The position numbers and the translations under genes are program-made. Source: Hyphomicrobiales bacterium (GTDB taxonomy: Bacteria; Pseudomonadota; Alphaproteobacteria; Rhizobiales; TMED25). From it: a stretch of DNA of 64,000 nucleotides. This document shows, piece by piece, positions 17,727 through 29,438 of the stretch. Numbering within the stretch: position 1 is the stretch's first letter; each line of letters starts with the position of its first letter. Below the pieces are notes generated by a model. It saw nothing but the letters and a program-made list of their open reading frames with translations. It was not told the DNA's origin and did not search any database. Where the stretch lies: positions 1,274,920 through 1,338,919 of the forward strand of contig JAYPPX010000001.1 of NCBI GenBank assembly GCA_038131735.1. The letters are read 5' to 3'.

Positions 17727-18926
17727 CTAAATTACTTCTGATTTTATGAGTGAGTCAATTTGATCATTATCATAACCTATTGATTGAAGAATTTCTCTGT
17801 TATCCTCGCCAAGTAGCGGTGGAGCTTTATTGATTGTTGCTGGTGTATCAGAAAATCTATATGGAACACCCAACATTTTTAAAACTCCAGCTTCTGAGTG
17901 ATTTACACTTACGACCATATCATTTGCTATTGTCTGTTCGTCGGAGAGAGCGCTCTCAACGGAGTTAACAGCACTTGCAGGAATGTTAGAGTTTAATAAT
18001 TTCTCTAACCATTCATCGACTTTTTTTGTACCAATTACATCTTGTATTTCTTTATCAATGAGGCTTCGATTTATAACACGGTCAGCATTTTTTATAAATC
18101 TTTTGTCTTTTGCCCAATCATCCCTTCCAAGACAGGATGCAAATTTAGCAAATTGCATATCATTACCTACAGCAATTGCGATACTACCATCGATGGCATC
18201 AAATGTTCTATATGGCACAATATTTGGATGCCCATTCCCAAATCTTCGGGCTGGCTTTCCGCTAACAAGATGATTTGCAGCAACATTTACAAGCATTGAA
18301 ATGCTTGTGGTATAGAGACTTGTCTCAACTTTCTGTCCCTTACCAGATATGTTCCTTGAGTTCAGTGCTCCGAGAATAGCTATTGTAGCATTCATACCAG
18401 TGCAGACATCAACTAATGCGACACCAACTTTCATTGGATCACCATTTTCTTCTCCAGTGATACTCATTAATCCACTCTCTGCTTGAAGAAGAAAATCATA
18501 ACCAGGTCTTTTCCCACGTGGACCTCTCCCCCCGTAACCAGTAATTTGACAATGAACTAGCTGAGGAGCCTCTTTTTCACGCCACTCATCTGTGATACCG
18601 TAGTTGTCCATTGTTCCAAATTTGAAATTCTCAATCAATACATCAGAGTTTTTTAATAGTTTTTTGAGTATTTTTATGCCTTCTTCTGATTTTAAATTAA
18701 GAGTGACACTTTTTTTATTTCTGTTAATTCCGAGAAAATATGCTGCCTCACTTCCAGCAAATGGAGGACCCCAAGATCTTGTGTCATCTCCTTTTCCAGG
18801 CTGTTCAATTTTAATAATTTCCGCGCCCATGTCCCCAAGATTCATGGTGCAAAATGGACCAGCTAAAATTCTACTTAAATCAAGGACTCTGATACCACTT
18901 AGTGGTCCATTTTTATTTTCACTCAT
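17727..18926 (-). CDS. Family III (CaiB/BaiF) CoA transferase
   Basis: GPLSGIRVLDLSRILAGP, GDDTR, NRNKKS, GYDFLLQAESG, HPNIVPY. Confidence 0.95.
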   Translation of the reverse strand: MSENKNGPLSGIRVLDLSRILAGPFCTMNLGDMGAEIIKIEQPGKGDDTRSWGPPFAGSEAAYFLGINRNKKSVTLNLKSEEGIKILKKLLKNSDVLIENFKFGTMDNYGITDEWREKEAPQLVHCQITGYGGRGPRGKRPGYDFLLQAESGLMSITGEENGDPMKVGVALVDVCTGMNATIAILGALNSRNISGKGQKVETSLYTTSISMLVNVAANHLVSGKPARRFGNGHPNIVPYRTFDAIDGSIAIAVGNDMQFAKFASCLGRDDWAKDKRFIKNADRVINRSLIDKEIQDVIGTKKVDEWLEKLLNSNIPASAVNSVESALSDEQTIANDMVVSVNHSEAGVLKMLGVPYRFSDTPATINKAPPLLGEDNREILQSIGYDNDQIDSLIKSEVI

Positions 18927-18943
18927 ATTAATTGACCGTCTTT

Positions 18944-19810
18944 TTATTTTGATCTTTCATTTTCATCATTAGCAAGACCATCAAGATATGCTTCAACATT
19001 TTCTCTTCTTCTTTCACGGAACTGCTGGAAGTTTGGTTTTCTCTTTTCAAGAAATGCATTCATTCCTTCAAGTGACTCTTCTGATCCCCAAACGTGCGCT
19101 AGAAGTTCCATTCCATGCTGCCAACTTGCATATAGTGTATCGGAGTCATGGTTGAGTGATTTCTTGGTTTGTCTAATTGTTTGCCCACTTCGTTCTATTA
19201 ATCCTTCAGCCCACTTTTGTGTTTCTTCTTCTAATTTGGCTTTTGGAACAACTCTGTTAATCAAACCGATACTTACAGCTTCCTCTGCTGTAAATCTTCT
19301 GGCCATAAAAATCATTTCTTTAGCAAGTCTTGAACCAATTAGTTGTGGTAAATATTGGGTTGCGCCAACTGTTGGACATGCACCAACTACAGCACCACTT
19401 TGTCCAAATACAGCATCGTCTGCAGCAATAACCAAATCGCACCACAATGCCAATTCATGACCACCACCCATACAATATCCATGAACTGAAGCGATTACAG
19501 GAATAGGGACGCCTCTAATTGCCATTGCAAGAGCAAGCATTCTATCGTTCCAATGCGCTGCATTTTCCCAATCTAGTCTCATCATTGCATGAAAGTCCCC
19601 ACCAGCTGAGAAAGCTTTATCACCAACTCCATTAATAACAATACATACTATTGATGGATCATTTCTTGTAGATAGAACAGCATCGGTTAGTTCATCTAGT
19701 GTTTGTTCTCTGAATGCATTCCTAACTTCAGGTCTATTTATTGAGATCCATGCTACTTTATTTTTTATTTCAAATAATATTTCTTTATAATCACCGCCAG
19801 CTTTTGACAT
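18944..19810 (-). CDS. Crotonase-fold enzyme, BadI/MenB/Oah-like (putative beta-ketoacyl-CoA ring hydrolase)
   Basis: INRPEVRNAF, KAFSAGGD, GYCMGGGHEL, FGQSGAVVG, EGMNAFLEKRKPNF. Confidence 0.85.
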   Translation of the reverse strand: MSKAGGDYKEILFEIKNKVAWISINRPEVRNAFREQTLDELTDAVLSTRNDPSIVCIVINGVGDKAFSAGGDFHAMMRLDWENAAHWNDRMLALAMAIRGVPIPVIASVHGYCMGGGHELALWCDLVIAADDAVFGQSGAVVGACPTVGATQYLPQLIGSRLAKEMIFMARRFTAEEAVSIGLINRVVPKAKLEEETQKWAEGLIERSGQTIRQTKKSLNHDSDTLYASWQHGMELLAHVWGSEESLEGMNAFLEKRKPNFQQFRERRRENVEAYLDGLANDENERSK

Positions 19811-19853
19811 ACTTTACCTCTATTTGTTAATTTTTTTCGGTTTGAAACTATCA

Positions 19854-20252
19854 TTATTTTTCATTTTCTTCAACCTCAATAAGGGCTCCTGATAGTTCAT
19901 TTGGGTGAAGAAAATATAAATTTCTGCCATGATAACCTGTTGTTGGTTCCGCTATGACATTTAAACCACTTTTTTTATGCTCATCGTATTCTCTTTTTAT
20001 ATCGTTAACGGATATACAGTAATGATGAAGACCACCTTTTGGATTTTTTTCTAAAAACTTACTGATTGGAGATTTATCGTTTAATGGCTCCATAAGTTCA
20101 ATTTTTAAGTTTTCAAATGAGATTATTGCCATTTTTATATTTTGTTTTTCAACTATCATTACTTCAGATATTGGAACATTGAAGGATTTTTTGTATGCCA
20201 CTATAGCTTCATCAATGTTTGGGACTGCATGTGCGATGTGATCAATATTCAT
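19854..20252 (-). CDS. mce: Methylmalonyl-CoA epimerase family (VOC)
   Basis: IDHIAHAV, IELMEP, SPISKFLEKNPKGGLHH, FLHP, GALIEVEE. Confidence 0.85.
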   Translation of the reverse strand: MNIDHIAHAVPNIDEAIVAYKKSFNVPISEVMIVEKQNIKMAIISFENLKIELMEPLNDKSPISKFLEKNPKGGLHHYCISVNDIKREYDEHKKSGLNVIAEPTTGYHGRNLYFLHPNELSGALIEVEENEK

Positions 20253-20410
20253 ATTTTATTCCATATTAATTATAATTTTTCAAAAAATTATCGAAGAGTT
20301 TTAAAAATTAATAAGACTATTCTATATATGAATAAAAAAAAATCTATGTATTCTCAAAAAATTTTTGTAATGTGTTTATGTTATAAAATACTTAAATTAT
20401 GAGGTCATAA

Positions 20411-21331
20411 ATGTTTAACCCCTTCAGTCAACCATCCTTAATTAAAGCAGAAGTTTTTGCTTCATTGCCTGAAAAATATAGAAATCTAGGAACAACAGAT
20501 TGGTCAAATCCAAACAGACAGGGCGCAAAAGTCGAGCAGTTCTTAGAAGGACCCTCTTTTGATAGAAACGGTAACCTATATGTCACAGATATCCCATACG
20601 GCAGAATATTTAAAATTGATCCATCTGGTAATTGGGATCTGGTATGCGAATATGATGGATGGCCAAACGGTCTAAAATTTCACAAAGACGGAAGAGCTTT
20701 TATCGCATGTTATAAACAAGGCTTAATGGTCTTAGATGTGAATACAGGAAAAATTGAACCTGTTATTGAAACAATGTATTCAGAAGGCTTCAAGGGCTTA
20801 AATGATCTTCACTTTAATAGTGATGGAGATTTGTTTTTCACCGATCAAGGTCAAACGGGTATCATCGATTGGAGTGGAAGGGTATTCAAATACTCAAAGG
20901 ATGGTGAACTTCAAAGATTGGTTACAAACGCACCTAGTCCTAATGGAATTACTCTAAATAATGCAGAAAATCAAATCTATGTTGCAGTAACAAGATCTCA
21001 ACAAATTTGGCGTCTCCCTCTAATGAAGGATAAAAGTATAAGTAAAAGTGGTGTTGCAATCCAACTATCTGGAGGCCATGCGGGGCCAGATGGAATTGAA
21101 ATGGACTCAGAAGATGGAATAATTGTATGTCACCTTGGAGTTGGTGTTTGGAGATTTGATAACAATTGCCTTCCAACCCATCTTGTGTATACGGATGAGC
21201 ACAGTTTGATGACAAATATTGCTTTCGGTGGTCCTGAGAGAAAAACACTTTATATCACAGACTCGATGAATGGAAGAATCATGAGAGCTGAAATGCCAGT
21301 AGCTGGTAAAGTGCTATATGGATTATCATAA
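20411..21331 (+). CDS. SMP-30/gluconolactonase family protein
   Basis: FLEGPSFD, WPNG, LNDL, SPNGI, GPDGI, TNIAFGG. Confidence 0.92.
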   Translation: MFNPFSQPSLIKAEVFASLPEKYRNLGTTDWSNPNRQGAKVEQFLEGPSFDRNGNLYVTDIPYGRIFKIDPSGNWDLVCEYDGWPNGLKFHKDGRAFIACYKQGLMVLDVNTGKIEPVIETMYSEGFKGLNDLHFNSDGDLFFTDQGQTGIIDWSGRVFKYSKDGELQRLVTNAPSPNGITLNNAENQIYVAVTRSQQIWRLPLMKDKSISKSGVAIQLSGGHAGPDGIEMDSEDGIIVCHLGVGVWRFDNNCLPTHLVYTDEHSLMTNIAFGGPERKTLYITDSMNGRIMRAEMPVAGKVLYGLS

Positions 21332-21355
21332 TAAAAAAATCTAAGAGGAAATTTA

Positions 21356-22552
21356 ATGATGCAGAATGGACATTTTATTAATAGTCTAGATCCAGATAGC
21401 AAAAAAATTCTCGGAACTAAATATCCTGTTTTTACAGAAAATGAATATAAAAGAAGAATTGCTCTTCTGTCAGACACCATTTCAAATCTTAATCTTGATA
21501 AGGTTGTTATCTATGAAGCTATAGGATCTGGAAGTGCTGTACAATATTTCACAGGATGGCACACAACCCAGGAAGCCCTAGTTGATATTGTATCAGGGGA
21601 GAAAATAAATTTATATGTAGAACATTACAACCATCTGCCAATGGCAGAAAAATTAATTAACAACCAAACAAACCTGATTTGGGGAGAAAGAAAACTATCT
21701 CAAAAGATCTTTCCGAGTATGATTCAGAATTTAACTAGCAATAGTAGAATAGGTGTTATTGGAAGATTACCATATAGTTATGTTGAGCAACTGAATGAAA
21801 AAAATATTCAAGTGATAGATATTTTTTCTCATTATAATAAGATGCGATCAATCAAAAGTGCAGAAGAAGTTTCGTGGATGAAAATTGCAGCCGCACTAAC
21901 TGATGAGGGTATCAATAATCTAGTCAATAACCTTGAGCCTGGACTTTCTGAACATGAAATGTCTCAAATTACGCAATCAGGTTATCTTAGACATGGTGGC
22001 CATAAAATAATAAATTTTTTTGGGATAACAAATATGGATAAACCAGATAATTGTGTTCCATATCAATATACTTCCAACAAAACAATTACAAAAGATGATA
22101 TCATTACAACAGAAATCAGCTCCCATTTTTGGAATTATCCTGGACAGGTTCTGAGGAGTATTGGTTTTAAAAAATTAAATCCGTTGTACAGTGAATTACA
22201 TTCAGTTGGGGATGAAGTATTCAAGAATATCTTTGAAATATTAAAAGACGGAACTTCTATTGATGAAATACATAATATTTCTTCAAAAATAGAGGATGGT
22301 AGTTTCTCTATTTGGGATGATTTAATTCATGGTTACGGCGGTGGATATCTAGATCCAGTAATTGGTACAAAAAGCAGACCAGCTAGTCATTATGATAATT
22401 TTGTCTTTAAAGAAAATATGCTGGTAGTTATACAACCGAATGTTATTACCAGTGATCATAAAGCTGGGATTCAAACAGGTGAGTTAGTTCATATTCAAAA
22501 AGACAAAGCTGTTCGTATGCATAGTTTTACCCAAGGGTATATTCAACTGTAA
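21356..22552 (+). CDS. M24 (pita-bread fold) hydrolase, creatinase/ectoine-hydrolase-like
   Basis: FTENEYKRR N-terminus, RSIKSAEEV, PGLSEHE, HGYG, ENMLVVIQPN; canonical metal ligands appear substituted. Confidence 0.8.
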   Translation: MMQNGHFINSLDPDSKKILGTKYPVFTENEYKRRIALLSDTISNLNLDKVVIYEAIGSGSAVQYFTGWHTTQEALVDIVSGEKINLYVEHYNHLPMAEKLINNQTNLIWGERKLSQKIFPSMIQNLTSNSRIGVIGRLPYSYVEQLNEKNIQVIDIFSHYNKMRSIKSAEEVSWMKIAAALTDEGINNLVNNLEPGLSEHEMSQITQSGYLRHGGHKIINFFGITNMDKPDNCVPYQYTSNKTITKDDIITTEISSHFWNYPGQVLRSIGFKKLNPLYSELHSVGDEVFKNIFEILKDGTSIDEIHNISSKIEDGSFSIWDDLIHGYGGGYLDPVIGTKSRPASHYDNFVFKENMLVVIQPNVITSDHKAGIQTGELVHIQKDKAVRMHSFTQGYIQL

Positions 22553-22562
22553 TTTGTCTTAT

Positions 22563-25019
<2,457 letters not shown>

Positions 25020-25041
25020 TTAATACTTATATTAGATAAAA

Positions 25042-25065
25042 AAAAACTTGATTCTGCAAGTTTTT
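25042..25065 (-). terminator. Hairpin between recF and gyrB (possible terminator or promoter element)
   Basis: AAAAACTTG-attctg-CAAGTTTTT, with a long T run on the minus strand; stem is weak and AT-rich. Confidence 0.35.
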
Positions 25066-25083
25066 AATCGAATAACACACTGT

Positions 25084-26235
25084 CTAGATCAGTTTTCCAT
25101 CACTAATCTCAAAAATATCAGTTTTATCACTAATATGACTAAAAAATTCAGGTGAGGTGCCAGTAAGCCAAGCTTGAGATCCAATATCTGATATTTGATC
25201 AAATAAATTTGCAAGCCTCTTGTTATCCATATGTGCAGTGATTTCATCCAACAATAGAATTGGCAAGTTATTATTATTATTTTGAAACACCCTTGCTTCT
25301 GCGAGTATCAGTGAGATAAGAAGATTTTTTTGTTCACCGGTTGAACAATTCTCGGCGAACATATCATTCTTTTTATATAAAAGCGTAAAATCTGTTCTAT
25401 GTGGCCCAACGTTTGCTCTGAAGGTTATTTTATCTTTTTTGCGGAACTCATATAGTAAGTTTTTGAGATTTTCCTCTATTTCTTCCATATCTGAATGAAG
25501 ATTGATATTACCGATCTCTTCCCTCATAACAATCTTTGCAGAAGGGAATATGTTTGATCGAACTTCTTCCTCCATAATTTTATTTATTTTAGTTACTGCC
25601 AGATCTCGTGAAATAAATATTTGTGTCGCTAGTTGAGCTATTTGCTTTTCTAAATTGTCTAGCCATTTATCTTCTAAAATATCCAATCGTGCCAATACCT
25701 TATTTCGTTGCATAATTAATCGTTCATATGTTTTTACATTTTCTGAGTGTTCTATTTCTATAAGATTTATTAATTTATCAAAAAATTTACGTCTATCACT
25801 TTTTTGTCCTGTGAATAGACCATCCATTTGAGGTGTTAGCCAGATTATGCCAAGATAATTTGTGAATATTTTTGGGCTTTTGTATGAAGTTCCATCGACT
25901 CTGCACTGCCTCGCTTTACCATTTATAAGATCAGGTTTATTAATTCCCGTACCAAGTTTCAAATTTCCCAGTTCACTATGAACCTCCATGAAAATTGACC
26001 AACCCCCGCTTCCTTTTGTATTTGACTGATCAACTAAATTTGAACTCCTCAAACCTTTACTTGCAGAAAACATTGAAATAGCTTCCAGAACGTTTGTCTT
26101 ACCGGACCCATTAGAACCCGTTAATAAGATAAAATCTTTATCGGTAGTTATAGATGAATAGCTGTGGTTCCTAAAATCAGTTAAATTAAGTTTACTAATT
26201 TTTGTTAAATTTTTTGTGCTTTTATCATCAACCAT
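25084..26235 (-). CDS. recF: DNA replication/repair protein RecF
   Basis: LTDFRN, GSNGSGKTN Walker A, RRKFFD, GPHRTD, STGEQK, LLLDE. Confidence 0.96.
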   Translation of the reverse strand: MVDDKSTKNLTKISKLNLTDFRNHSYSSITTDKDFILLTGSNGSGKTNVLEAISMFSASKGLRSSNLVDQSNTKGSGGWSIFMEVHSELGNLKLGTGINKPDLINGKARQCRVDGTSYKSPKIFTNYLGIIWLTPQMDGLFTGQKSDRRKFFDKLINLIEIEHSENVKTYERLIMQRNKVLARLDILEDKWLDNLEKQIAQLATQIFISRDLAVTKINKIMEEEVRSNIFPSAKIVMREEIGNINLHSDMEEIEENLKNLLYEFRKKDKITFRANVGPHRTDFTLLYKKNDMFAENCSTGEQKNLLISLILAEARVFQNNNNNLPILLLDEITAHMDNKRLANLFDQISDIGSQAWLTGTSPEFFSHISDKTDIFEISDGKLI

Positions 26236-26274
26236 AAAATGTTCATTTCTGATTATTCAAATAACACACATGAC

Positions 26275-26877
26275 TTATTTTTCTGATTTACTGACCCCAA
26301 CTCTTGCTGGTCTCAAAATACGGTCATTAATACGATAACCTGGTTCAACTAGATGAACAATTATACCGCTCTCGTTTTCTGAGTCAGGTACTTCAAACAT
26401 TGCCTCATGCATTGTAGGGTCAAATTTTTCTCCAGAAGGGTCAAATCTTTCAATCCCATTTCTAGAAAAAATTTGTGTCAAAGAGCGTAAAGTTAGTTCT
26501 ACCCCATCATAAAGAGTTTTAGTTGCATCATTTTTTTCAAAATCTATACCTTTTACGCTTTCTATTGCTCTTTCAAGGTCATCTGCAACAGTTATTATAT
26601 CCCTGGCAAATTTTGTTGTTGAATATTTAATGGCATCTTCTCTTTCCTTAAGGCTTCTCTTTCTAAGATTTTCCATCTCTGCAGCCATTCTTAGTAAACG
26701 ATCGTTTAATTCATCAAGTTGGGCTGCATGATCCAAATCTGATGCAGAGTTTTCTTCCGAAACTAAATTTTCTTCATCTTGATGAGTACTTTCATCCAAA
26801 GTTTCAGCATCGGCATCGTTTACTTCGATTTTTTCATCTTTTTTTGATTTTTTGTGTTGCATATTTTCCATTAGCAT
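26275..26877 (-). CDS. grpE: Nucleotide exchange factor GrpE
   Basis: RMAAEMENLRKR, FDPTMHEAM, GYRINDRILRPARVGV. Confidence 0.97.
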   Translation of the reverse strand: MLMENMQHKKSKKDEKIEVNDADAETLDESTHQDEENLVSEENSASDLDHAAQLDELNDRLLRMAAEMENLRKRSLKEREDAIKYSTTKFARDIITVADDLERAIESVKGIDFEKNDATKTLYDGVELTLRSLTQIFSRNGIERFDPSGEKFDPTMHEAMFEVPDSENESGIIVHLVEPGYRINDRILRPARVGVSKSEK

Positions 26878-26936
26878 TCCAACTCATTTTTAACCTATAT
26901 AATGCAATATAATATATACTCTATATCTTTCTAGCC

Positions 26937-27998
26937 TTAACCCAAGATTTTTTTCATTAACTCAGCAGTATAATTTACCATTGGAATAATTCGTCCATAA
27001 TTCATTCTTGTTGGACCAATCACTCCTAATACACCTATCACTTGTTTTTTCTCGTTTTGATATGGCGCAACAATCATAGAAGATCCTGAGAGTGAGAATA
27101 ATTTATTTTCAGATCCTATAAAGATTCTAACCCCTTCAGCTTTCTCTGCCATACCAAGTAATTGCATTATCTCTTTTTTATCTTCCAAATCTTGAAAAAG
27201 ATGCTTTATTCTATCTAAATCCTCATTCGCTTCAATATTGGATATGAGGTTTGATGCACCTTTGACAATAAGTATTTTATCATCTTTTTTATAGTTCGAA
27301 CTAGTCCAAGTTGCCAGGCCTTGGGTCAGTAGTGATGCTGTTTCTCTATCAAGTTCATTCTTCTTTTCTGATAGATCAATTTCAATTCTTTTAATTGCCT
27401 CATTAAGAGTAAAACCTCGCATATGATGATTCAAATAATTACCAGCAGCCGCAAGACTTGAAGCGGTTAATCCCTCTGAATTATCAATTATTCTATTTTC
27501 AACATTCCCATCTTCATCAACCAGTATTACTAGAACTTTTGTTTTATCAAGTAAGACAAACTCAATGTGTTTTATATACTTAGCGTCCTTATTAACCGAC
27601 ACTACCCCTGTATAATTTGTCAGACCAGATAGCATCTCACTTGCTTTTGTAAGCGCATCTTCAATAGACATATTATTAGCCATAGCCTGTTGTTTAATGA
27701 CTGCTTGATCAATATCAGTTAAACTGCCAATTTCTAACATAGCGTCAACAAATAACCTCAAACCACCCTCAGTTGGAATTCTACCTGAGCTGATGTGAGG
27801 GGAATATATTAATCCCAATGACTCCAGATCATGCATCACATTTCTGATTGAGGCAGCAGATAGGTCAAATTGATCCATCTGAGATATGGTCCTTGATCCA
27901 ATTGGGGAACCAGTATTTAGATACTCCTCAACTATTTTCTTAAATATAATTCTTGATCTATCATCTAGGTCCAGAAGTTTTGATTTTCTATCTATCAT
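26937..27998 (-). CDS. hrcA: Heat-inducible transcription repressor HrcA
   Basis: PIGSRT, SAASIRNVM, PHISSGRIPT, GVIGPTRMNY. Confidence 0.97.
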   Translation of the reverse strand: MIDRKSKLLDLDDRSRIIFKKIVEEYLNTGSPIGSRTISQMDQFDLSAASIRNVMHDLESLGLIYSPHISSGRIPTEGGLRLFVDAMLEIGSLTDIDQAVIKQQAMANNMSIEDALTKASEMLSGLTNYTGVVSVNKDAKYIKHIEFVLLDKTKVLVILVDEDGNVENRIIDNSEGLTASSLAAAGNYLNHHMRGFTLNEAIKRIEIDLSEKKNELDRETASLLTQGLATWTSSNYKKDDKILIVKGASNLISNIEANEDLDRIKHLFQDLEDKKEIMQLLGMAEKAEGVRIFIGSENKLFSLSGSSMIVAPYQNEKKQVIGVLGVIGPTRMNYGRIIPMVNYTAELMKKILG

Positions 27999-28071
27999 AT
28001 ATAATTGTTAAACTTTCTGTTTCATTTAATAAATGTTATACCTTATAAATATAGTAAATTATATTACATAA

Positions 28072-28800
28072 ATGCAAGAGACTTACATGCGAAGTTTTAA
28101 AAGAAAAAATACTGATTTGCGCCCAATAATGATTACTCCTCATGTTGCAAATAACGCTGATGGATCATGCATGATTGAAATTGGAAATACCCGGGTTATT
28201 TGTACAGCAACAATAGATAGTAGAGCACCAATATGGCTCAGGGGAACTGGTAAGGGCTGGGTAACAGCTGAATATGGAATGCTTCCAAGATCTACTAACG
28301 AAAGAATGCAAAGAGAGGCAAAGTCTGGTAAACAATCAGGACGCACACAAGAAATACAAAGACTTATCGGTAGGAGCTTAAGAGCATCCATTGATCTTTA
28401 TGGACTTGCAGAAAAACAAATCATAATTGATTGTGATGTTATTCAAGCAGATGGTGGAACTAGAACAGCTTCAATTACAGGTGGATGGCTAGCATTAAAA
28501 TTATGCATAGAGAAAATGCTAAAGATTGGAATTATTTCAAAAAATCCACTTAAAAAACAAATTGCTGCAATATCCTGTGGCATTGTGAATGGAGAAGTGC
28601 TCATGGACCTTGATTACGAGGAGGACTCAACAGCAGAGGTGGATGCAAATATCATTTTTACAAAAGAATTTGAACTCATAGAAGTTCAATCCACCGGAGA
28701 AGAAAAAACATTCTTAACTCAAGATCTGTTTACTATGTTAGATATGGTTAAGGACAAATCTACTGAAATTTTTCAGGCACAATTAAAAGCAATAAAATAA
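28072..28800 (+). CDS. rph: Ribonuclease PH
   Basis: GWVTAEYGMLPRST, EIQRLIGRSLR, DCDVIQADGGTRTASITG; start may be 28087. Confidence 0.97.
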   Translation: MQETYMRSFKRKNTDLRPIMITPHVANNADGSCMIEIGNTRVICTATIDSRAPIWLRGTGKGWVTAEYGMLPRSTNERMQREAKSGKQSGRTQEIQRLIGRSLRASIDLYGLAEKQIIIDCDVIQADGGTRTASITGGWLALKLCIEKMLKIGIISKNPLKKQIAAISCGIVNGEVLMDLDYEEDSTAEVDANIIFTKEFELIEVQSTGEEKTFLTQDLFTMLDMVKDKSTEIFQAQLKAIK

Positions 28801-28802
28801 TT

Positions 28803-29438
28803 ATGCTTAGTTTTGATCAAAACAAATTATTAATCGCAAGTCATAATGAAGGAAAAATATCTGAATTCAGAGAACTACTAAGTTTTAGTGAATTATCTAT
28901 TGTTTCATCAAAGGAACTCGGTTTGATTGAGCCAATAGAAGATGGAAATACATTTGAGGCTAATGCATTGATAAAAGCTAAGTCTGGCTGTGAATTATCC
29001 GGCTTAACCACACTATCAGATGACTCTGGTTTGGCAGTTGATGCTCTCGGTGGAGATCCAGGAATTTATTCCGCCAGATGGGCAGGTCCAGACAAAGATT
29101 TTGATTATGCAATGAAAGAAGTTAATAGGCTTTTGGATGAAAAGAAAATTGCAGAAGAAAACAGATCAGCTAGGTTCATTTGCGCGCTTTGTCTTTATAA
29201 GCCAAATGGTGACTATTCGTTCTTTGTTGGTAAAGTTGATGGTAAAATAGTTTGGCCACCTCGAGGTGAGCATGGTTTTGGATACGATGCAATATTCAAA
29301 CCCGATGATAGGTTAGAGACCTTTGGAGAACTTACATCGATTGAAAAACATTCTTGGTCAAGAGAAAAAATAGGTTTATCTCATAGAGCGAGAGCATTTG
29401 ATAAATTTGTAAAATTTTTGATTAATTCAGAAAATTGA
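28803..29438 (+). CDS. rdgB: Non-canonical purine NTP pyrophosphatase
   Basis: ASHNEGK, DDSGL, PGIYSARW, GFGYD, SHRARA. Confidence 0.96.
   Translation: MLSFDQNKLLIASHNEGKISEFRELLSFSELSIVSSKELGLIEPIEDGNTFEANALIKAKSGCELSGLTTLSDDSGLAVDALGGDPGIYSARWAGPDKDFDYAMKEVNRLLDEKKIAEENRSARFICALCLYKPNGDYSFFVGKVDGKIVWPPRGEHGFGYDAIFKPDDRLETFGELTSIEKHSWSREKIGLSHRARAFDKFVKFLINSEN

Noticed and set aside
18944..19810. menB (menaquinone synthesis)
   Set aside because: Lacks the GSFD motif, no other men genes are nearby, and the context is CoA-transferase catabolism
5606..22552. tRNA-anchored integrative element
   Set aside because: No integrase or transposase, and I found no duplicate of the tRNA 3' end by eye; accessory genes lie on both sides of the tRNA
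26878..28071. CIRCE operator near hrcA/grpE
   Set aside because: No TTAGCACTC-N9-GAGTGCTAA; only a partial TTAGCATTC half-site at the grpE start with no partner
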